A stretch of DNA of 64,000 nt from an uncultured Candidatus Binatia bacterium (GCA_965218425.1 OZ244621.1:3904001-3968000); one strand, 5' to 3'. Positions 40,513 to 50,988 are shown, counted from the stretch's first letter. Translations and numbers: made by a program. Notes: generated by a model from the sequence alone, not told the origin.

Positions 40513-40724
40513 CTCGCGCAAAGACGCAAAGCACGCCATGTATAGGTAGAATAACGAATTCAAAACTCGAAATCCGAAATTCGAAACAAATCCAAATGAT
40601 CAAAAAACAAAACATTCCAAACGGTCTCCTTTTGGATTTCGATTCTTTAGTTTTGAGTATTTTGGTTTGTTCGAGATTTCGAGCTTGGGATTTCGGATTT
40701 TAAGTCTGGGGAGTCTTGGCACGA
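40513..40724. repeat. Composite inverted-repeat element: family A arms enclosing heptamer-repeat hairpin
   Basis: Arms CTCGCGCAAAGACGCAAAGCACGCCA / GGAGTCTTGGCACGA; inner AAATCCGAAATTCGAAACAAA...TTTGTTCGAGATTTCGAGCTTGGGATTTCGGATTT. Confidence 0.7.
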
Positions 40725-40791
40725 TACACGTTGTTGAAGTCGTTCCGTTGAACGTTTGAAAGATAAGAATTAATCAAGTAGGAGGATCACT

Positions 40792-41763
40792 ATGCTAACA
40801 GTGAAAGATGTGAAAGGCGTCATGGCGATGATGCCAGCGTTTGGCACGGCGGATGCCGCAGACCTCCAAGCACCGTCCACTGTGGATGTGGACAACCTCA
40901 AAGACGGCGTGGATCGGATGGTCCAGGATGGAGCCGATATCATCACCACCACCGGCAGCTTTGGCGAGTGCTACAACCTGTTTTGGGATGAGTTTCAAAC
41001 TCTGGCCAAGGCCACTGTTGAGACAGTCAAAAAACGTGTCCCATTGTTCATAGGCACAACGAGCCCGAATCCCCGGGACGTCGTACGGAAAATGAAGTTC
41101 GTCCAAGAAATCAAAGGGGATGGAGTCCTGCTTGGCATTCCCTACTATGACCCGCAGTCGCCAGATTTTATTGCCGACTTCTACAGTCAAATAGCCGAGA
41201 TGTTCCCAAACCTTGCAATCCTAATCTATCATAATCCCGTAAACCATAAGGTTAAAATCCCTCTTCAGGTGTTTCCAAAGATAGTCAAACATCCGAATAT
41301 CGTGGGAATGAAGGATAGCCACCGCGACACCAGAGAGTTTGTGCGGCTGCAAAATATCATTGAGGGTAAAATCAGCGTCCTGGTGAATCAGGCTCAGCTT
41401 TTCCCCTTTGCGCGCATGGGAGCTGCGGGTTGTTGGTCCATTGATTCTTGGATGGGGCCCTGGCCCGTGCTGCATCTCAGGAATCTTGTCCGGCAAGGCA
41501 AAGACAGGGAAGCCCAACAGGTGGTGGGTGAGTTGATGGGCGGTAGCGGTGGTGGAAGACCCGACCCCGGCGAAGGAAGCACTGGGCAGTTACCCCTTGA
41601 ATTTGCGGGCTACTGTAAGCCCGGTCCCACACGGACCCCTATCGTTAAGTTCTCACCCGCAATGATCGAACGCGCCAAAAAGAAAGCAGAACACTGGAAG
41701 GCCCTCTGTGAAAAGTATCGCCCCCTCGTGGAGGCTCAAGGACCCGTCGCGGCTGCAAGATGA
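40792..41763 (+). CDS. DapA/NAL-family aldolase, NahE-like (paralog of 5035-5997)
   Basis: GSFGEC, IYHNP, GMKDSH, GCWS.D.WMGPWP. Confidence 0.82.
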   Translation: MLTVKDVKGVMAMMPAFGTADAADLQAPSTVDVDNLKDGVDRMVQDGADIITTTGSFGECYNLFWDEFQTLAKATVETVKKRVPLFIGTTSPNPRDVVRKMKFVQEIKGDGVLLGIPYYDPQSPDFIADFYSQIAEMFPNLAILIYHNPVNHKVKIPLQVFPKIVKHPNIVGMKDSHRDTREFVRLQNIIEGKISVLVNQAQLFPFARMGAAGCWSIDSWMGPWPVLHLRNLVRQGKDREAQQVVGELMGGSGGGRPDPGEGSTGQLPLEFAGYCKPGPTRTPIVKFSPAMIERAKKKAEHWKALCEKYRPLVEAQGPVAAAR

Positions 41764-41834
41764 AAACTTCTCCGGGTTCGAATACGCATCACGCTTGAAA
41801 TATTATGAATCAGTTCCAATAAGAGGAGAATCCC

Positions 41835-43046
41835 ATGGCTCGTAAGATAAAGATGATCTCTGGAGACTCGCATCTCGATATACCTCCCGAACGTTGGACC
41901 CACCGTGTGCCGGCCCGCTGGCAGGAACGAGCTCCACGTCTGATCAAACTGGCCAACGGGGATGACGCCTTCATCGTAGAGAACCGTCGCCCCCACGCAC
42001 CGGGGCTCCAGGTGACAGGCGTGTCCTACGATCAGCATGATCTCCATGGCATCAGCTATTTTGGCGCAGGCACCGGCACACCTGAGCAACGGCTAAAGGA
42101 ACAGGACGAGGACGGTGTGGACGCCGAGATCCTCTATACCCATCCGGTTTATCTCAACTCCTGGCGGGGCATCACCGATGACGAACCGTACAAAGCAATG
42201 ATACGCGCCTACAATGGTTGGCTTGCCGAAGAATACTGCTCCTACGCGCCGGACCGACTCATCGGTATGGGGATGATTCCCGATACTGGAATTGATGATG
42301 CTATCGAGGAATTGAATTACTGTGCCCGCATGGGACTCAAAGGAGTCTGCATTTACAAGTTCCCTAACGGAAAAGGGTATCCCCAACCCGAAGATGACCG
42401 TTTTTGGGCGGCTGTATTAGACCACAATATTCCAGTGACTGCCCACACGAATGGGGGCACGACCCGATTCTCCCGCGAGGGGCCGGTATTTCAATATAGC
42501 CGCGGCCCAGGCAAAGGAGGCGCGCCGATTCCAGGACGGGACCCGGTGAACCTGATGGTCCGATTCGCCAGCGATAACGCCCTGGCCCCCTTGCAGATGG
42601 CATTTGCTGGTGTGTTCGACCGTTTTCCGGGACTACGTATCTATTGGTCGGAAACACAAATCGGTTGGTTACCCTATTGCCTTTCCCAGATTGACGACAA
42701 CTACGAACGCAACCGTCACTGGGCCTACCGGCAGTGGGGCTTGGAAAGGCTAAAACGACAACCCAGCGAGTACCTTCGGGAGTGCAATCTCTGGGGCTTC
42801 ATGAAGGACCCCTTTGGGGTGAAGCTGCGTCACGAAATCGGGGTCAAAACTCTCCTATGGGGTAGCGACTTTGCCCATGCCACGGGCGATTGGCCCCATT
42901 CGAAAAGCGTGATCGATAAAACCCTCGTGGGAGTCCCCGATGACGAGCGTTATGCTATGCTTGCTGGAAACGCCATAGGGTTCTTCAGGCTAAAGGATTC
43001 CGTACCTGAGGTACAAGAGATCAGAGGCGCATCCACCGCTGCATAA
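41835..43046 (+). CDS. Amidohydrolase_2 family metal-dependent hydrolase
   Basis: ISGDSH, VTAH, WSETQIGW, WGSDFAH; paralog of 8734-9930. Confidence 0.9.
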   Translation: MARKIKMISGDSHLDIPPERWTHRVPARWQERAPRLIKLANGDDAFIVENRRPHAPGLQVTGVSYDQHDLHGISYFGAGTGTPEQRLKEQDEDGVDAEILYTHPVYLNSWRGITDDEPYKAMIRAYNGWLAEEYCSYAPDRLIGMGMIPDTGIDDAIEELNYCARMGLKGVCIYKFPNGKGYPQPEDDRFWAAVLDHNIPVTAHTNGGTTRFSREGPVFQYSRGPGKGGAPIPGRDPVNLMVRFASDNALAPLQMAFAGVFDRFPGLRIYWSETQIGWLPYCLSQIDDNYERNRHWAYRQWGLERLKRQPSEYLRECNLWGFMKDPFGVKLRHEIGVKTLLWGSDFAHATGDWPHSKSVIDKTLVGVPDDERYAMLAGNAIGFFRLKDSVPEVQEIRGASTAA

Positions 43047-43082
43047 GCGGCTGGGGCTCATATTCCATAGATCTCTCGTTTA

Positions 43083-43101
43083 CCGGCCATAAGATGGCCG
43101 G
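43083..43101. terminator. Hairpin between convergent genes (putative bidirectional terminator)
   Basis: CCGGCCAT-AAG-ATGGCCGG perfect 8-bp stem; no strong U tract. Confidence 0.45.
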
Positions 43102-43104
43102 GCT

Positions 43105-44151
43105 TCAGAAGGGCCCAAACCAATGGTCCCGGTCGCGGCGTACCTCTTCACCTTCTATCTCCTCGCGATACCAACCAAAAGGCTGGAGAAGCGGCGCATC
43201 GCTCATGGAGAAGAGGACCGCGTCCTCGGAACCCAAGTTTTCATGGCTATGCCATGACCACGGGGGGACAACGAAAAAATCCCTTCTCCCCCATTGGAGC
43301 TCCACGTCTCTGACACGGGTAACCCCGTTTCCTTGGACCACGTGATAGTCACCTATGGAAGTATGCCGGTGAGCCTTGGTTTTCATGCCTGGTCGCAACA
43401 ATTGAACGGCACAGGAAATGACGGGTAAGGTGGCCCCAGCGGTCCGGGGATTTGTATAATGAAGGATCACACCGTCACATGGGTCTCCCTCCGAAAGCTT
43501 CAGGGCATTGAGGGTTTCTTCCGTATCAGACCATTTGTAGCGATAGGGAGCACCCGGGATTGAGGGGGCGGGTTCGAGCCAGTTGGGTCGGGTTAGGGAT
43601 GCCCGGTGCTTGCTAAATTCAGGCAACGACTCAACGGGCTGGTTGGGAGTAGGGAAATCCTCGCGAAAAGCCATCTGCAAGTGCCCCATGATGGCGGCAT
43701 TCAAACCGTCGATCCATATGGCCGGCTCTGAGGAGTCATTCACATGGTCATGCCAACTCCAGTTGGGGGTAAGGACCAAATCGCCGGATTCCATGGTGGT
43801 GGCCTCCCCATCTACGGTGCTCCAAATTTTAGGGTTCCCCTGGATGATGAATCGAATGGCCTCGGCGGTGTGGCGGTGGGCACGGGCTTTCTCCCCAGGA
43901 AGTACAAGCTGTAGACCCATGTTGATGGTCCTCGATTGTCCGGTTGGGTTTTCCAGTCCTATATTTCGTCTAAAGGCATGACTAATGTCAACGTATTTTC
44001 CGGCTCCATCCAGCGCCTCTTCGATATCCGCCCATTTCCATACATAGGGAGTAATCTCCGATGTTGGCTCGTATGATTGCGGCTCACCCCGGGTCCAGTA
44101 ACCCCGCATACGTTTTTCCTTCATGAAGCGGTTGAGTTCTTCTAAACCCAT
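43105..44151 (-). CDS. Gentisate 1,2-dioxygenase-like bicupin
   Basis: PYVWKW, QLVLPGE, AHRHTAEAIRF, WSWHDH, AHRHTS, WSWHSH. Confidence 0.9.
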   Translation of the reverse strand: MGLEELNRFMKEKRMRGYWTRGEPQSYEPTSEITPYVWKWADIEEALDGAGKYVDISHAFRRNIGLENPTGQSRTINMGLQLVLPGEKARAHRHTAEAIRFIIQGNPKIWSTVDGEATTMESGDLVLTPNWSWHDHVNDSSEPAIWIDGLNAAIMGHLQMAFREDFPTPNQPVESLPEFSKHRASLTRPNWLEPAPSIPGAPYRYKWSDTEETLNALKLSEGDPCDGVILHYTNPRTAGATLPVISCAVQLLRPGMKTKAHRHTSIGDYHVVQGNGVTRVRDVELQWGRRDFFVVPPWSWHSHENLGSEDAVLFSMSDAPLLQPFGWYREEIEGEEVRRDRDHWFGPF

Positions 44152-44181
44152 ATAGGCATCCTCCTCTCCGGGTATTACGGC

Positions 44182-45234
44182 TTACGATGATTCCTGGCGA
44201 TAGAGCCCCGTGGATTCAGCAAGGGGTCGATCGCTAACCGAAAATAGAAGCACAGGCTGGGTATGAGACTTATTACGGTGCGAATGCCATTGCCAGGACG
44301 GGATATGAAAACAATCACGCTCACCCCATTCCAGTAATTCCATTTTTCCGGTCTCTTTGCCAGCTCGAGACGCCCCATTTCCACTCACTACATAATAGAT
44401 GGTATTGGCAAGATACCTGCTGGGTGGAGTTTCTTCGTTAGGCAGGAGCCTTCGAATCTCACAGGACATGGTTTTCGTTGCTGCTCCCCCCGTCAGCGGA
44501 TTAACGTACTCCAGAATGCTACGGTGAACTGCGTCCCGTCCACCTTGGCCAGTACGCTCTTCAAAGCCGCTCATGGTATCCGCCCATCTATACTTGATGG
44601 GGTATCGAGGAGCCTCAACTTGTCCCTCCCCCTTCCACTCCTTCGGGCGAACAGGACCCAGGGTTCGAAGAAACGATCCGTCCGGTCTGGTGACAGGTTG
44701 AAGGCGTCCTTCGGCGTATCTGTCCCGGAACTCGGCGTCCAGGCTATTGACGATACCCGTGTCCTGTACGGTTAGCCAAATGGCGGGCTCGTCACCTTTA
44801 TTAATGGTACCGTGCCAGGTCCAGCCGGGTTGGATCAAGAGGTCACCCGCCTCCATTGATTGCTCCTCGCCTTCCGCGATCGTATAGGTGTTCGTTCCTT
44901 GAATCATGAAATAGAGCGATGTTCTCGTGTGGCGATGAGACTCAGTGGTTTCCCCGGGGCCCAGATGTTGAACTGACACGGTGAATGTCCGGGTGGTTCC
45001 ATAGGGGCTCGGGCGGGAACGATTCACCAGACCAACCGTACGCATCCTCATGGTGTCGTCAATGGGCACAAGGTCCCCAGCTTCCAATAGGCACGATGAA
45101 ATATCCCGCCAGCACCAGAGCCATGGTCGAATCTCGGCCTCTTTAGAATCCTGAGGCCTCATCCAGGCCCCCTTTAAAGAAGCCTTCTCCAAATTCCCGG
45201 CCAATTCCGCCAACCGATCTCTAGATGACTGCAT
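44182..45234 (-). CDS. Gentisate 1,2-dioxygenase-like bicupin, C-terminal HxH lost
   Basis: SHRHTRT, WTWHG, NPLTGG; second domain PPSRYLAN instead of HRH. Confidence 0.87.
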   Translation of the reverse strand: MQSSRDRLAELAGNLEKASLKGAWMRPQDSKEAEIRPWLWCWRDISSCLLEAGDLVPIDDTMRMRTVGLVNRSRPSPYGTTRTFTVSVQHLGPGETTESHRHTRTSLYFMIQGTNTYTIAEGEEQSMEAGDLLIQPGWTWHGTINKGDEPAIWLTVQDTGIVNSLDAEFRDRYAEGRLQPVTRPDGSFLRTLGPVRPKEWKGEGQVEAPRYPIKYRWADTMSGFEERTGQGGRDAVHRSILEYVNPLTGGAATKTMSCEIRRLLPNEETPPSRYLANTIYYVVSGNGASRAGKETGKMELLEWGERDCFHIPSWQWHSHRNKSHTQPVLLFSVSDRPLAESTGLYRQESS

Positions 45235-45365
45235 TTCTGGCTCCTCATTGGTCTATGAACCTATCCAAATTTAAATCTCCAACGTATCCATTTGATGAGT
45301 CCACGGATTGGAATACTAACGAGGCACGCCCATTTAGACACCCGCCAATGTACCACCGGTTTTGG

Positions 45366-45454
45366 CTTGTAGTAAAGTCCTCAATAAGTGTCAAGCCGTG
45401 CCGAGTTGCTGACCTGTTTGCCACTTGACAACCCATATAACCATGGAATAGGAG
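45366..45454. promoter_or_regulatory. Divergent sigma70-like promoter pair
   Basis: TGTCAA 45389-45394 and TTGACA 45425-45430; -10 elements weak. Confidence 0.45.
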
Positions 45455-45553
45455 AACTACTTGGGATCAACGCGGCTAGCTCTACGAGTCTAATCCCCTA
45501 CTAAAGCTGATTGAATGGCTGAGGAGAACCAAAAACGTAAAAGGAGACATGCT

Positions 45554-46498
45554 ATGGCAAATTATGAACCTCTTGAGATACACGGATACTACCGGTCCCA
45601 TACCCACCTTCCGGTTTGGGAGATCGTGGAAGAGACCGGCATATGGAAAGAGTTGGGTATCAAGGCAAGTTTTGAATATTGCGACAGTTCCTCCGAAGCA
45701 GAGGCGGCCCTGTTTGAAGGGAGAGTCGACTTCATTTCGGGAAATCATATCTCCCCCTATGCCCTTGTGGCCCGTGGAAAACCCATCGTCTCCCTCGCTT
45801 CCCCCAGTAACAGCGTTAGCGACAAACTCATTTCAAAGCAGCCCATTAAGTCCATTGCCGAGTTGCGCGGGAAGCGAATCGCCGACACCACCGTCACTGA
45901 CCAGGGCGGGGGGTACAACCATATCCGCGGCAACCACATGCTCTACGTCAAGCATGCGGGGATCAGCCTCGACGATGTAGAGTGGGTGGAGATTACAGAC
46001 AAGATGTCGGAAAAATTCCGTAAGACACAGTTCGAAGCCATGAAGGACAACAAGGCGGATGCCACCATGGTTACGGGAGGAGCGGCGGAGTACGAAAAGG
46101 CGGGCTTCCATGTCCTACAGCTCGAGCGTCTTCCTATGATCAACGGGCCCACGCTCACCACCACAATGGACTGCCTCAAACAGAAAGACCGGATCGGCGA
46201 GCGGCTGGTGAAGGCGCTGCTGTTGGGTATCCACTACGCCCGAACCAACCAGACCGAAACAGAGAAGATCCTGGAAAGGCTCAGGAAACGAGTACCAGAG
46301 GCTGCTTCAGTCACCTACAATAGCGTTGCTAAACTCCTGGCGAAACCTTACCCGGATATGCAAGCCATAGCCAATGCCTATGAGCTTTGTTGCATGAAGG
46401 CCCCGGAGGCCCGGGAGTTAAGCCCCATAGCCATGTGGGACATTCATTATCTGCGCGACCTGGACAACGCAGGGTTTATCGACGGACTGTACCGATAA
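45554..46498 (+). CDS. NMT1/TauA-type PBP2-fold protein lacking a signal peptide
   Basis: GIWKELGI, ALFEGRVDF, SIAELRGKRI, HAGISLDDVEWV, LRDLDNAGFIDGLY; hydrophilic N-terminus after RBS AAGGAG. Confidence 0.75.
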   Translation: MANYEPLEIHGYYRSHTHLPVWEIVEETGIWKELGIKASFEYCDSSSEAEAALFEGRVDFISGNHISPYALVARGKPIVSLASPSNSVSDKLISKQPIKSIAELRGKRIADTTVTDQGGGYNHIRGNHMLYVKHAGISLDDVEWVEITDKMSEKFRKTQFEAMKDNKADATMVTGGAAEYEKAGFHVLQLERLPMINGPTLTTTMDCLKQKDRIGERLVKALLLGIHYARTNQTETEKILERLRKRVPEAASVTYNSVAKLLAKPYPDMQAIANAYELCCMKAPEARELSPIAMWDIHYLRDLDNAGFIDGLYR

Positions 46499-46580
46499 CG
46501 GGAAGGATCTTCGTAATAGTCGCCAAGACTCCGCCGCAGGACGGCTCAGCCTTGGGCCGAGCCAAACCCGCAAAGAAGCT

Positions 46581-46809
46581 CAACCGCGGATTTACGCGGA
46601 TTATCGCAGACGAAAAACAGCAAAGAGCAGAGCACAAGGGCATAGCGTCCTAGTGGATTCGGGACCACTGACTACCGACTACTGACCTTTGACCCGGATC
46701 CGGGATTACCGACCGGGAGCGTATGGTCCATGGTCCGTTGGCTCTTTACTTTTTTCGCTCAGCACTCGTTACTCGTTACTGATGAGTCGTCTAGCGCTAT
46801 GCGCTTTGC
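46581..46809. repeat. Cluster of short-period REP-like repeats and nested inverted repeats
   Basis: CGCGGATT 9-mer repeats; arms GGGCATAGCG..CTAG / CTAGCGCTATGCGC; heptamers ACTGACT/ACCGACT and ACTCGTT; between convergent genes. Confidence 0.65.
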
Positions 46810-46811
46810 AC

Positions 46812-48370
46812 CTAGCGCATTTTATCCAGCCACGCGTGGTTTAATCCTGCGCCCCAGGGGCGGAACGCTCCTCCGGAATCCGTCGTGAATCCCTTGACGT
46901 AAGTCCGCAGGGTAAAAAACCGTGGCACATAACCCACAGGAATGAAAGGCAGATCCTCACCGACTTGGGTCAAGATCTGTTTGAATTGGGCTTTGCGTTT
47001 CGTAGGATTCAGCTCAGTCTCCGCCTTTTTTACCAGGTCCTCCACTTCTCTGTCACAGTATGCAGCCACATTGGCGATCCGCCTTTGGGGGTTTACGCAT
47101 GTCAGGTCTGGCCCGTAAACCATGGTGGGATCCGGATCATAGCCGCCGCCGAAAAACATAAAAGAGTAGTCACCTTTACGCTGGCGATCGGTGTAGCTTC
47201 CATAGTCCAACACATCGAGAGTGACCTTCAATCCAATCTTTTTGAGCTGGGCTTGGAGCACGGTTGCCTCAATTGCCTGGTCCTCCCCCTGCCGGAGCAT
47301 GATCGTGAGAGTTTTTCCCTTATAACCTGACTTCTGGACAAGGGATTTCGCTTTTTTGAGATCGCAAGAGGGTGACGGTACTCCTTCAATATACCAGGTA
47401 TGATCCTTTGGATACTTCTGATCGGTGGTCTCGCCAAACCCGAAGTAGGCGGCGCGCAGAATCTCCTTCTTGTTCATGGCGTGGGCCACTGCCTGGCGTA
47501 GCTCCTTACTGTTGAAGGGAGGATCCGCCACGTTAAAATAGAGACGCCGGAAGCCCGCGTAGGGAGCCTTCACAATGTCGATGCCTTTGATCTTCCCATT
47601 GGAAACAGCCCTGACCCACTCGTAGGGGGACCGCTCCACGATGTCCACATCACCTGAGCGAAGTGCCGTGAAACGCACCGTGGAATTGGCAATGGGCCGC
47701 AGAATCACCCTGTCCACATAGGCTTTATGGCCCCAGTAGTCGTCAAAACGGTCAAAGACCATCCGCTGTTTTGACTTCCATTCCACGAATTTGAAGGGTC
47801 CCGTCCCCGGAGGAAATGTGTCGGGTCTCATGACACCCTCCTTGAGAGATTCCTTGGGGATCACCGAAAATGCTGAGATGTTAGTGAGAGTGGTAAGGAA
47901 TGCCGGACTGGCCTTTTTGAGAGAGAGCTTTAGGGTGTATTTGTCAGGTGTTTCCACTGATTCAACTAGACTTAGCGGGTTAATCCGTGGACCCCATTTT
48001 TCGGATTCAGAGAGTAGTCGATGGCATACTTTGCGTCCTCGGCCGCCATCTCCCGGCCATCGTGGAACTTGACCCCCTTACGCAGGTGAAAGGTGATTTG
48101 CCTGCCATCCTTGGACACATCCCAGGACTCCGCCAGATAGGGTTGAATGTTTCCCTTCAAATCGATTCCGAGGAGCGGCTCGAACATTAAGTCACGTATG
48201 GATCTATCAGTGGACCTGGTCCGCACCAAAGGATTCATTAACGTCAAATCCTTCCTGGTGGCCATGGCAAGGGTACCACCCCGCTTGGGTTGATCGGCGG
48301 CGCTTGTAACTGGCAGTACCATCCCCCCCAACAAGGCGATGGCCAGCGTAATAGTCAGTACGCGTTTCAT
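46812..48370 (-). pseudogene. Peptide/nickel-type (family 5) ABC SBP, 1-bp deletion frameshift
   Basis: Signal peptide, PKRGGTL, PYLAESW, LRKGVKFHDG; adding one base near 47974 restores TRLSLVESVETPDKY..GTGPF. Confidence 0.85.
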
Positions 48371-48447
48371 CCTATCTCCTGAAAATCATCGTACGTTATG
48401 CTCAGCGAGATTTAGACGCTCTCATTTGACTCGGCTATCGCTCTTTT

Positions 48448-49617
48448 TTAGCCGTCTCCCAGTTGGAAAAATTCGACGGCATTTCCAGCCACCATCTTGT
48501 ACTTCTCATCATCCGGTACATCCGCCATTTGTGATCCCATCACTTTTAAAGAGTTGGGCCATCGGCTCACGATGTGTGGAAAGTCGGTGGACTACATAAT
48601 CCGATTCACGCCAATCTCATGGCGTAGATGCACCCCGATGAAATCCTCAAAGAATCCCCAGTAAGCGTGTTCTCTTAGGTATTCACTGGGCAAACGAGAT
48701 AGAGGTTTGAGTCCCAGGAGTTGTTCCGCCCAGTGCCGGTTGGTTTTGTACTCCTGATCCATCTGCTCAAAGCAGTAGGGAATCCACCCCAGGTTGTTCT
48801 CCGCCCAATAGATCTTCAGCTTTGGAAAGCGATCGAATACCCCTGAGAGAATGAGCTGGACGGCCTCCAGGGCCCCACAATGAAAAATCGCCTGGCGTGC
48901 AAGCCGTTGGACGAAATCCGTGGGAGCCCTCTCCTCACCTTGCAACTCAAGGGGGTACTTCAACTGGTAGACATCACGTCCCTGAACTTGGTGATGGAAA
49001 GAAGTGTGAATTGTTATGGGCATGTTCATGTCCAGCGCGGCGGCCCAAAAATTATCGTCCTCGGGGGTAGGGTAACGTTGTCCACTAGGAAAGGTCTCCA
49101 GTAAGACCGCCTTGAAGCCCATTCGGGCACATCGCTCCATTTCAGCGATATCCTCCTCAGCTCCGCAATTGGGGAGGCCCCCCCCACACCGACAAGTCGA
49201 TCCGGTGCAACCGCGCAGTACTCCTGCGCCATAAAGTCATTGAAACCCTGGACGATGACGAGACGGGCATCCCTGTCTTTGATCGAAGGTTGACGAACAC
49301 CCAGCGAATAGAGCACCTCCGCATCAATACCGTCTTTATCCTGTTCCAAAAGCCGTTGCTCCGACGTGCCGCATCCAGGAGTTCCATCAAAATCAATTTT
49401 GCTTGGATTGATCTCTTCAGGGGGCCTTCCCCCCAACCCAGCTGGTCCCCCCGTAGGTGACGGATCGGTCTTCGGTTACGATCGCATCTCTACCGTCGGA
49501 GAGCTTGATACGACGAGGCGCCCGGTCCCGGTATTTCTTCGGAACTCGATGGGTCCATCGGTCAGGGGGACATTCGAAGTGGGAGTCAGCCGAAATGCAA
49601 CGGTAACTTTTTGCCAG
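48448..49617 (-). pseudogene. Amidohydrolase_2 pseudogene
   Basis: CTG in place of ATG before AKSYRCISADSH; frameshifts at homopolymer runs near 49435 and 49180; TAG for Trp at 48592-48594 (IM*STDFPH). Confidence 0.85.
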
Positions 49618-49692
49618 AGGAACCTCCAGTTCCCTTCAATGTACAAAGCCGACCGTCCTGTGTCGGGCACCCATATTAACGTAGGTTATGAG

Positions 49693-49749
49693 TGTCAACA
49701 GGCGTAGGGTATGAATATCTTGACAACCACGGGGTCTCCATACTACTAA
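49693..49749. promoter_or_regulatory. Divergent sigma70-like promoter pair
   Basis: TGTCAA 49693-49698 and TTGACA 49720-49725. Confidence 0.45.
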
Positions 49750-49776
49750 ACGATTCAAAGGGGGGAATTCCTACCA

Positions 49777-50601
49777 ATGGCCTTGCAGGAAACGGAAAAA
49801 GAAAAAAAGTTAAGTCGTGAGGAATGCTGGAAGCTGGTCAATGAAGCCGTGGATTCTGCACTCAAGCTCGCCCACGAACGTATCTTTAACCATCCCTTTA
49901 CCCAGGAACTCAAGGCCGGGACTCTACCCATAGAGTGCATTAAAGCCTGGCTGCTCAATTCCTACGCCTGGGCGCTGGAGATCAACATGTCGCTTCCCTA
50001 CCGGTATTATCTCTTCCATAACATGTTGAGCCAGCGGCCGGACCTCTTCGAGCTCCTAGCGGATCGCTACGCAGACGAGTTCGTAACCCCCGTGCGGGGA
50101 GGCCATCAACGAACCATGGACATCCTGGGCAAGGCTCTTGGCATAGAGGAGAAAGAGCTGAACGAGTTTCAACAGATTCCTGCCATGAGGGGCATGCTGG
50201 ATGCCAACGTCTGGAATCTGGAGGTTAACACCCAGTTTGGAATTGCCAATACCACCGAAGAGTGGTTCGGCAAGTGGTGTGCACTCTGGTTTGACAGCTT
50301 GACGAAAAACTATGGCATCAGCGGAGAGAACGCCAACTATTTCGCGTTGCACGCCGAGGCGGATAACTATGGCGACCACGAGGCAGGACAGGCCATTGGC
50401 CATGAGGTGATGGGTCACGCCGAGGGGAATCGTTATATCACCGTTCGTCTTCTGGAAGACGGATTGGTACGCCCCGAAGGATTGCGAGAGACAGTCGTCC
50501 GGATGAGTAGCGTGGAACCCTATCTAAACTTCCTCGACGCCATCTACTACACCTACCACCCCGATAAAAAGGTGAGCGACCTGGAACAAACGCGACGCTA
50601 G
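49777..50601 (+). CDS. Heme-oxygenase-like diiron (PqqC/TenA-fold) protein
   Basis: HPFTQELKAGTL, ADE..GGH, TEE, YFALHAEAD..DH. Confidence 0.75.
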   Translation: MALQETEKEKKLSREECWKLVNEAVDSALKLAHERIFNHPFTQELKAGTLPIECIKAWLLNSYAWALEINMSLPYRYYLFHNMLSQRPDLFELLADRYADEFVTPVRGGHQRTMDILGKALGIEEKELNEFQQIPAMRGMLDANVWNLEVNTQFGIANTTEEWFGKWCALWFDSLTKNYGISGENANYFALHAEADNYGDHEAGQAIGHEVMGHAEGNRYITVRLLEDGLVRPEGLRETVVRMSSVEPYLNFLDAIYYTYHPDKKVSDLEQTRR

Positions 50602-50699
50602 ACTTTCTCCCTCCGCCGAGCCTGCCGATCTAATTCCATATCGTCCCGAGATGTGTCTCACCGCAAGCCAGATCCAAAGGAAGCTGGCGCACCTGAGCG

Positions 50700-50860
50700 A
50701 AAGTTTGGTTCCGAGGCGTTGGAAGCCTCTGCGAAGCTGAGGTTAAGCAGCATCGACTGTTTGAGCGCAGCGAGTTTCGAGGCTCGCCGAAGCGAGCGGC
50801 TAGGGCTTCCCGCCGAGGGGTCACTGAAGCGTGGTTCGACTCCCGAGCCTGTCGAGGGAA
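50700..50860. repeat. REP-like structured intergenic region
   Basis: CTGTTTGAGCGCAGCGAGTTT and TCGACTCCCGAGCCTGTCGA palindromic units; related CGACAGGC unit near 24716. Confidence 0.4.
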
Positions 50861-50942
50861 AGGGACGGCAGCCACAGTAAATGCACTCTCAGCGCAGCAC
50901 TAGGTCCGTGGGTTCCCAGTTCAACGAACGACACCTTTCGTA

Positions 50943-50988
50943 GGTGAGTCTCACCCGGGTTGACATCGAAGGTTGTTTTTCACATACT
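50943..50988 (+). promoter_or_regulatory. Promoter of dinB-family gene with upstream palindrome GGTGAG-T-CTCACC
   Basis: Palindrome 50943-50955; TTGACA 50960-50965-17 bp-CATACT. Confidence 0.55.

Noticed and set aside
40401..40703. 100-aa ORF with SKLEIRNSKQIQMIK
   Set aside because: Translation of the heptamer repeat element, not a credible protein.
40716..40735. Sigma54 promoter TTGGCACG
   Set aside because: No GC at the -12 position; the sequence is the right arm of the repeat element.
40513..46809. CRISPR array in the repeat-rich intergenic regions
   Set aside because: Repeats are 7-9 bp periodic or inverted, with no constant 25-40 bp repeat and spacer pattern; no cas genes.
14633..48594. 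Amber (TAG) recoding suggested by three in-frame TAGs (14633, 15833, 48592), two at Trp positions
   Set aside because: TAG is the normal stop of many intact genes here (e.g. 8734, 9972, 12063, 20879). TGG->TAG is a single transition, and the 48592 gene has other lesions. No pyl or suppressor tRNA genes were seen.
50826..50860. tRNA T-loop-like GGTTCGACTCC (also GGTTCGAAT near 41775)
   Set aside because: Flanks do not form a 5-bp T stem or cloverleaf; better explained as a REP-like palindrome.
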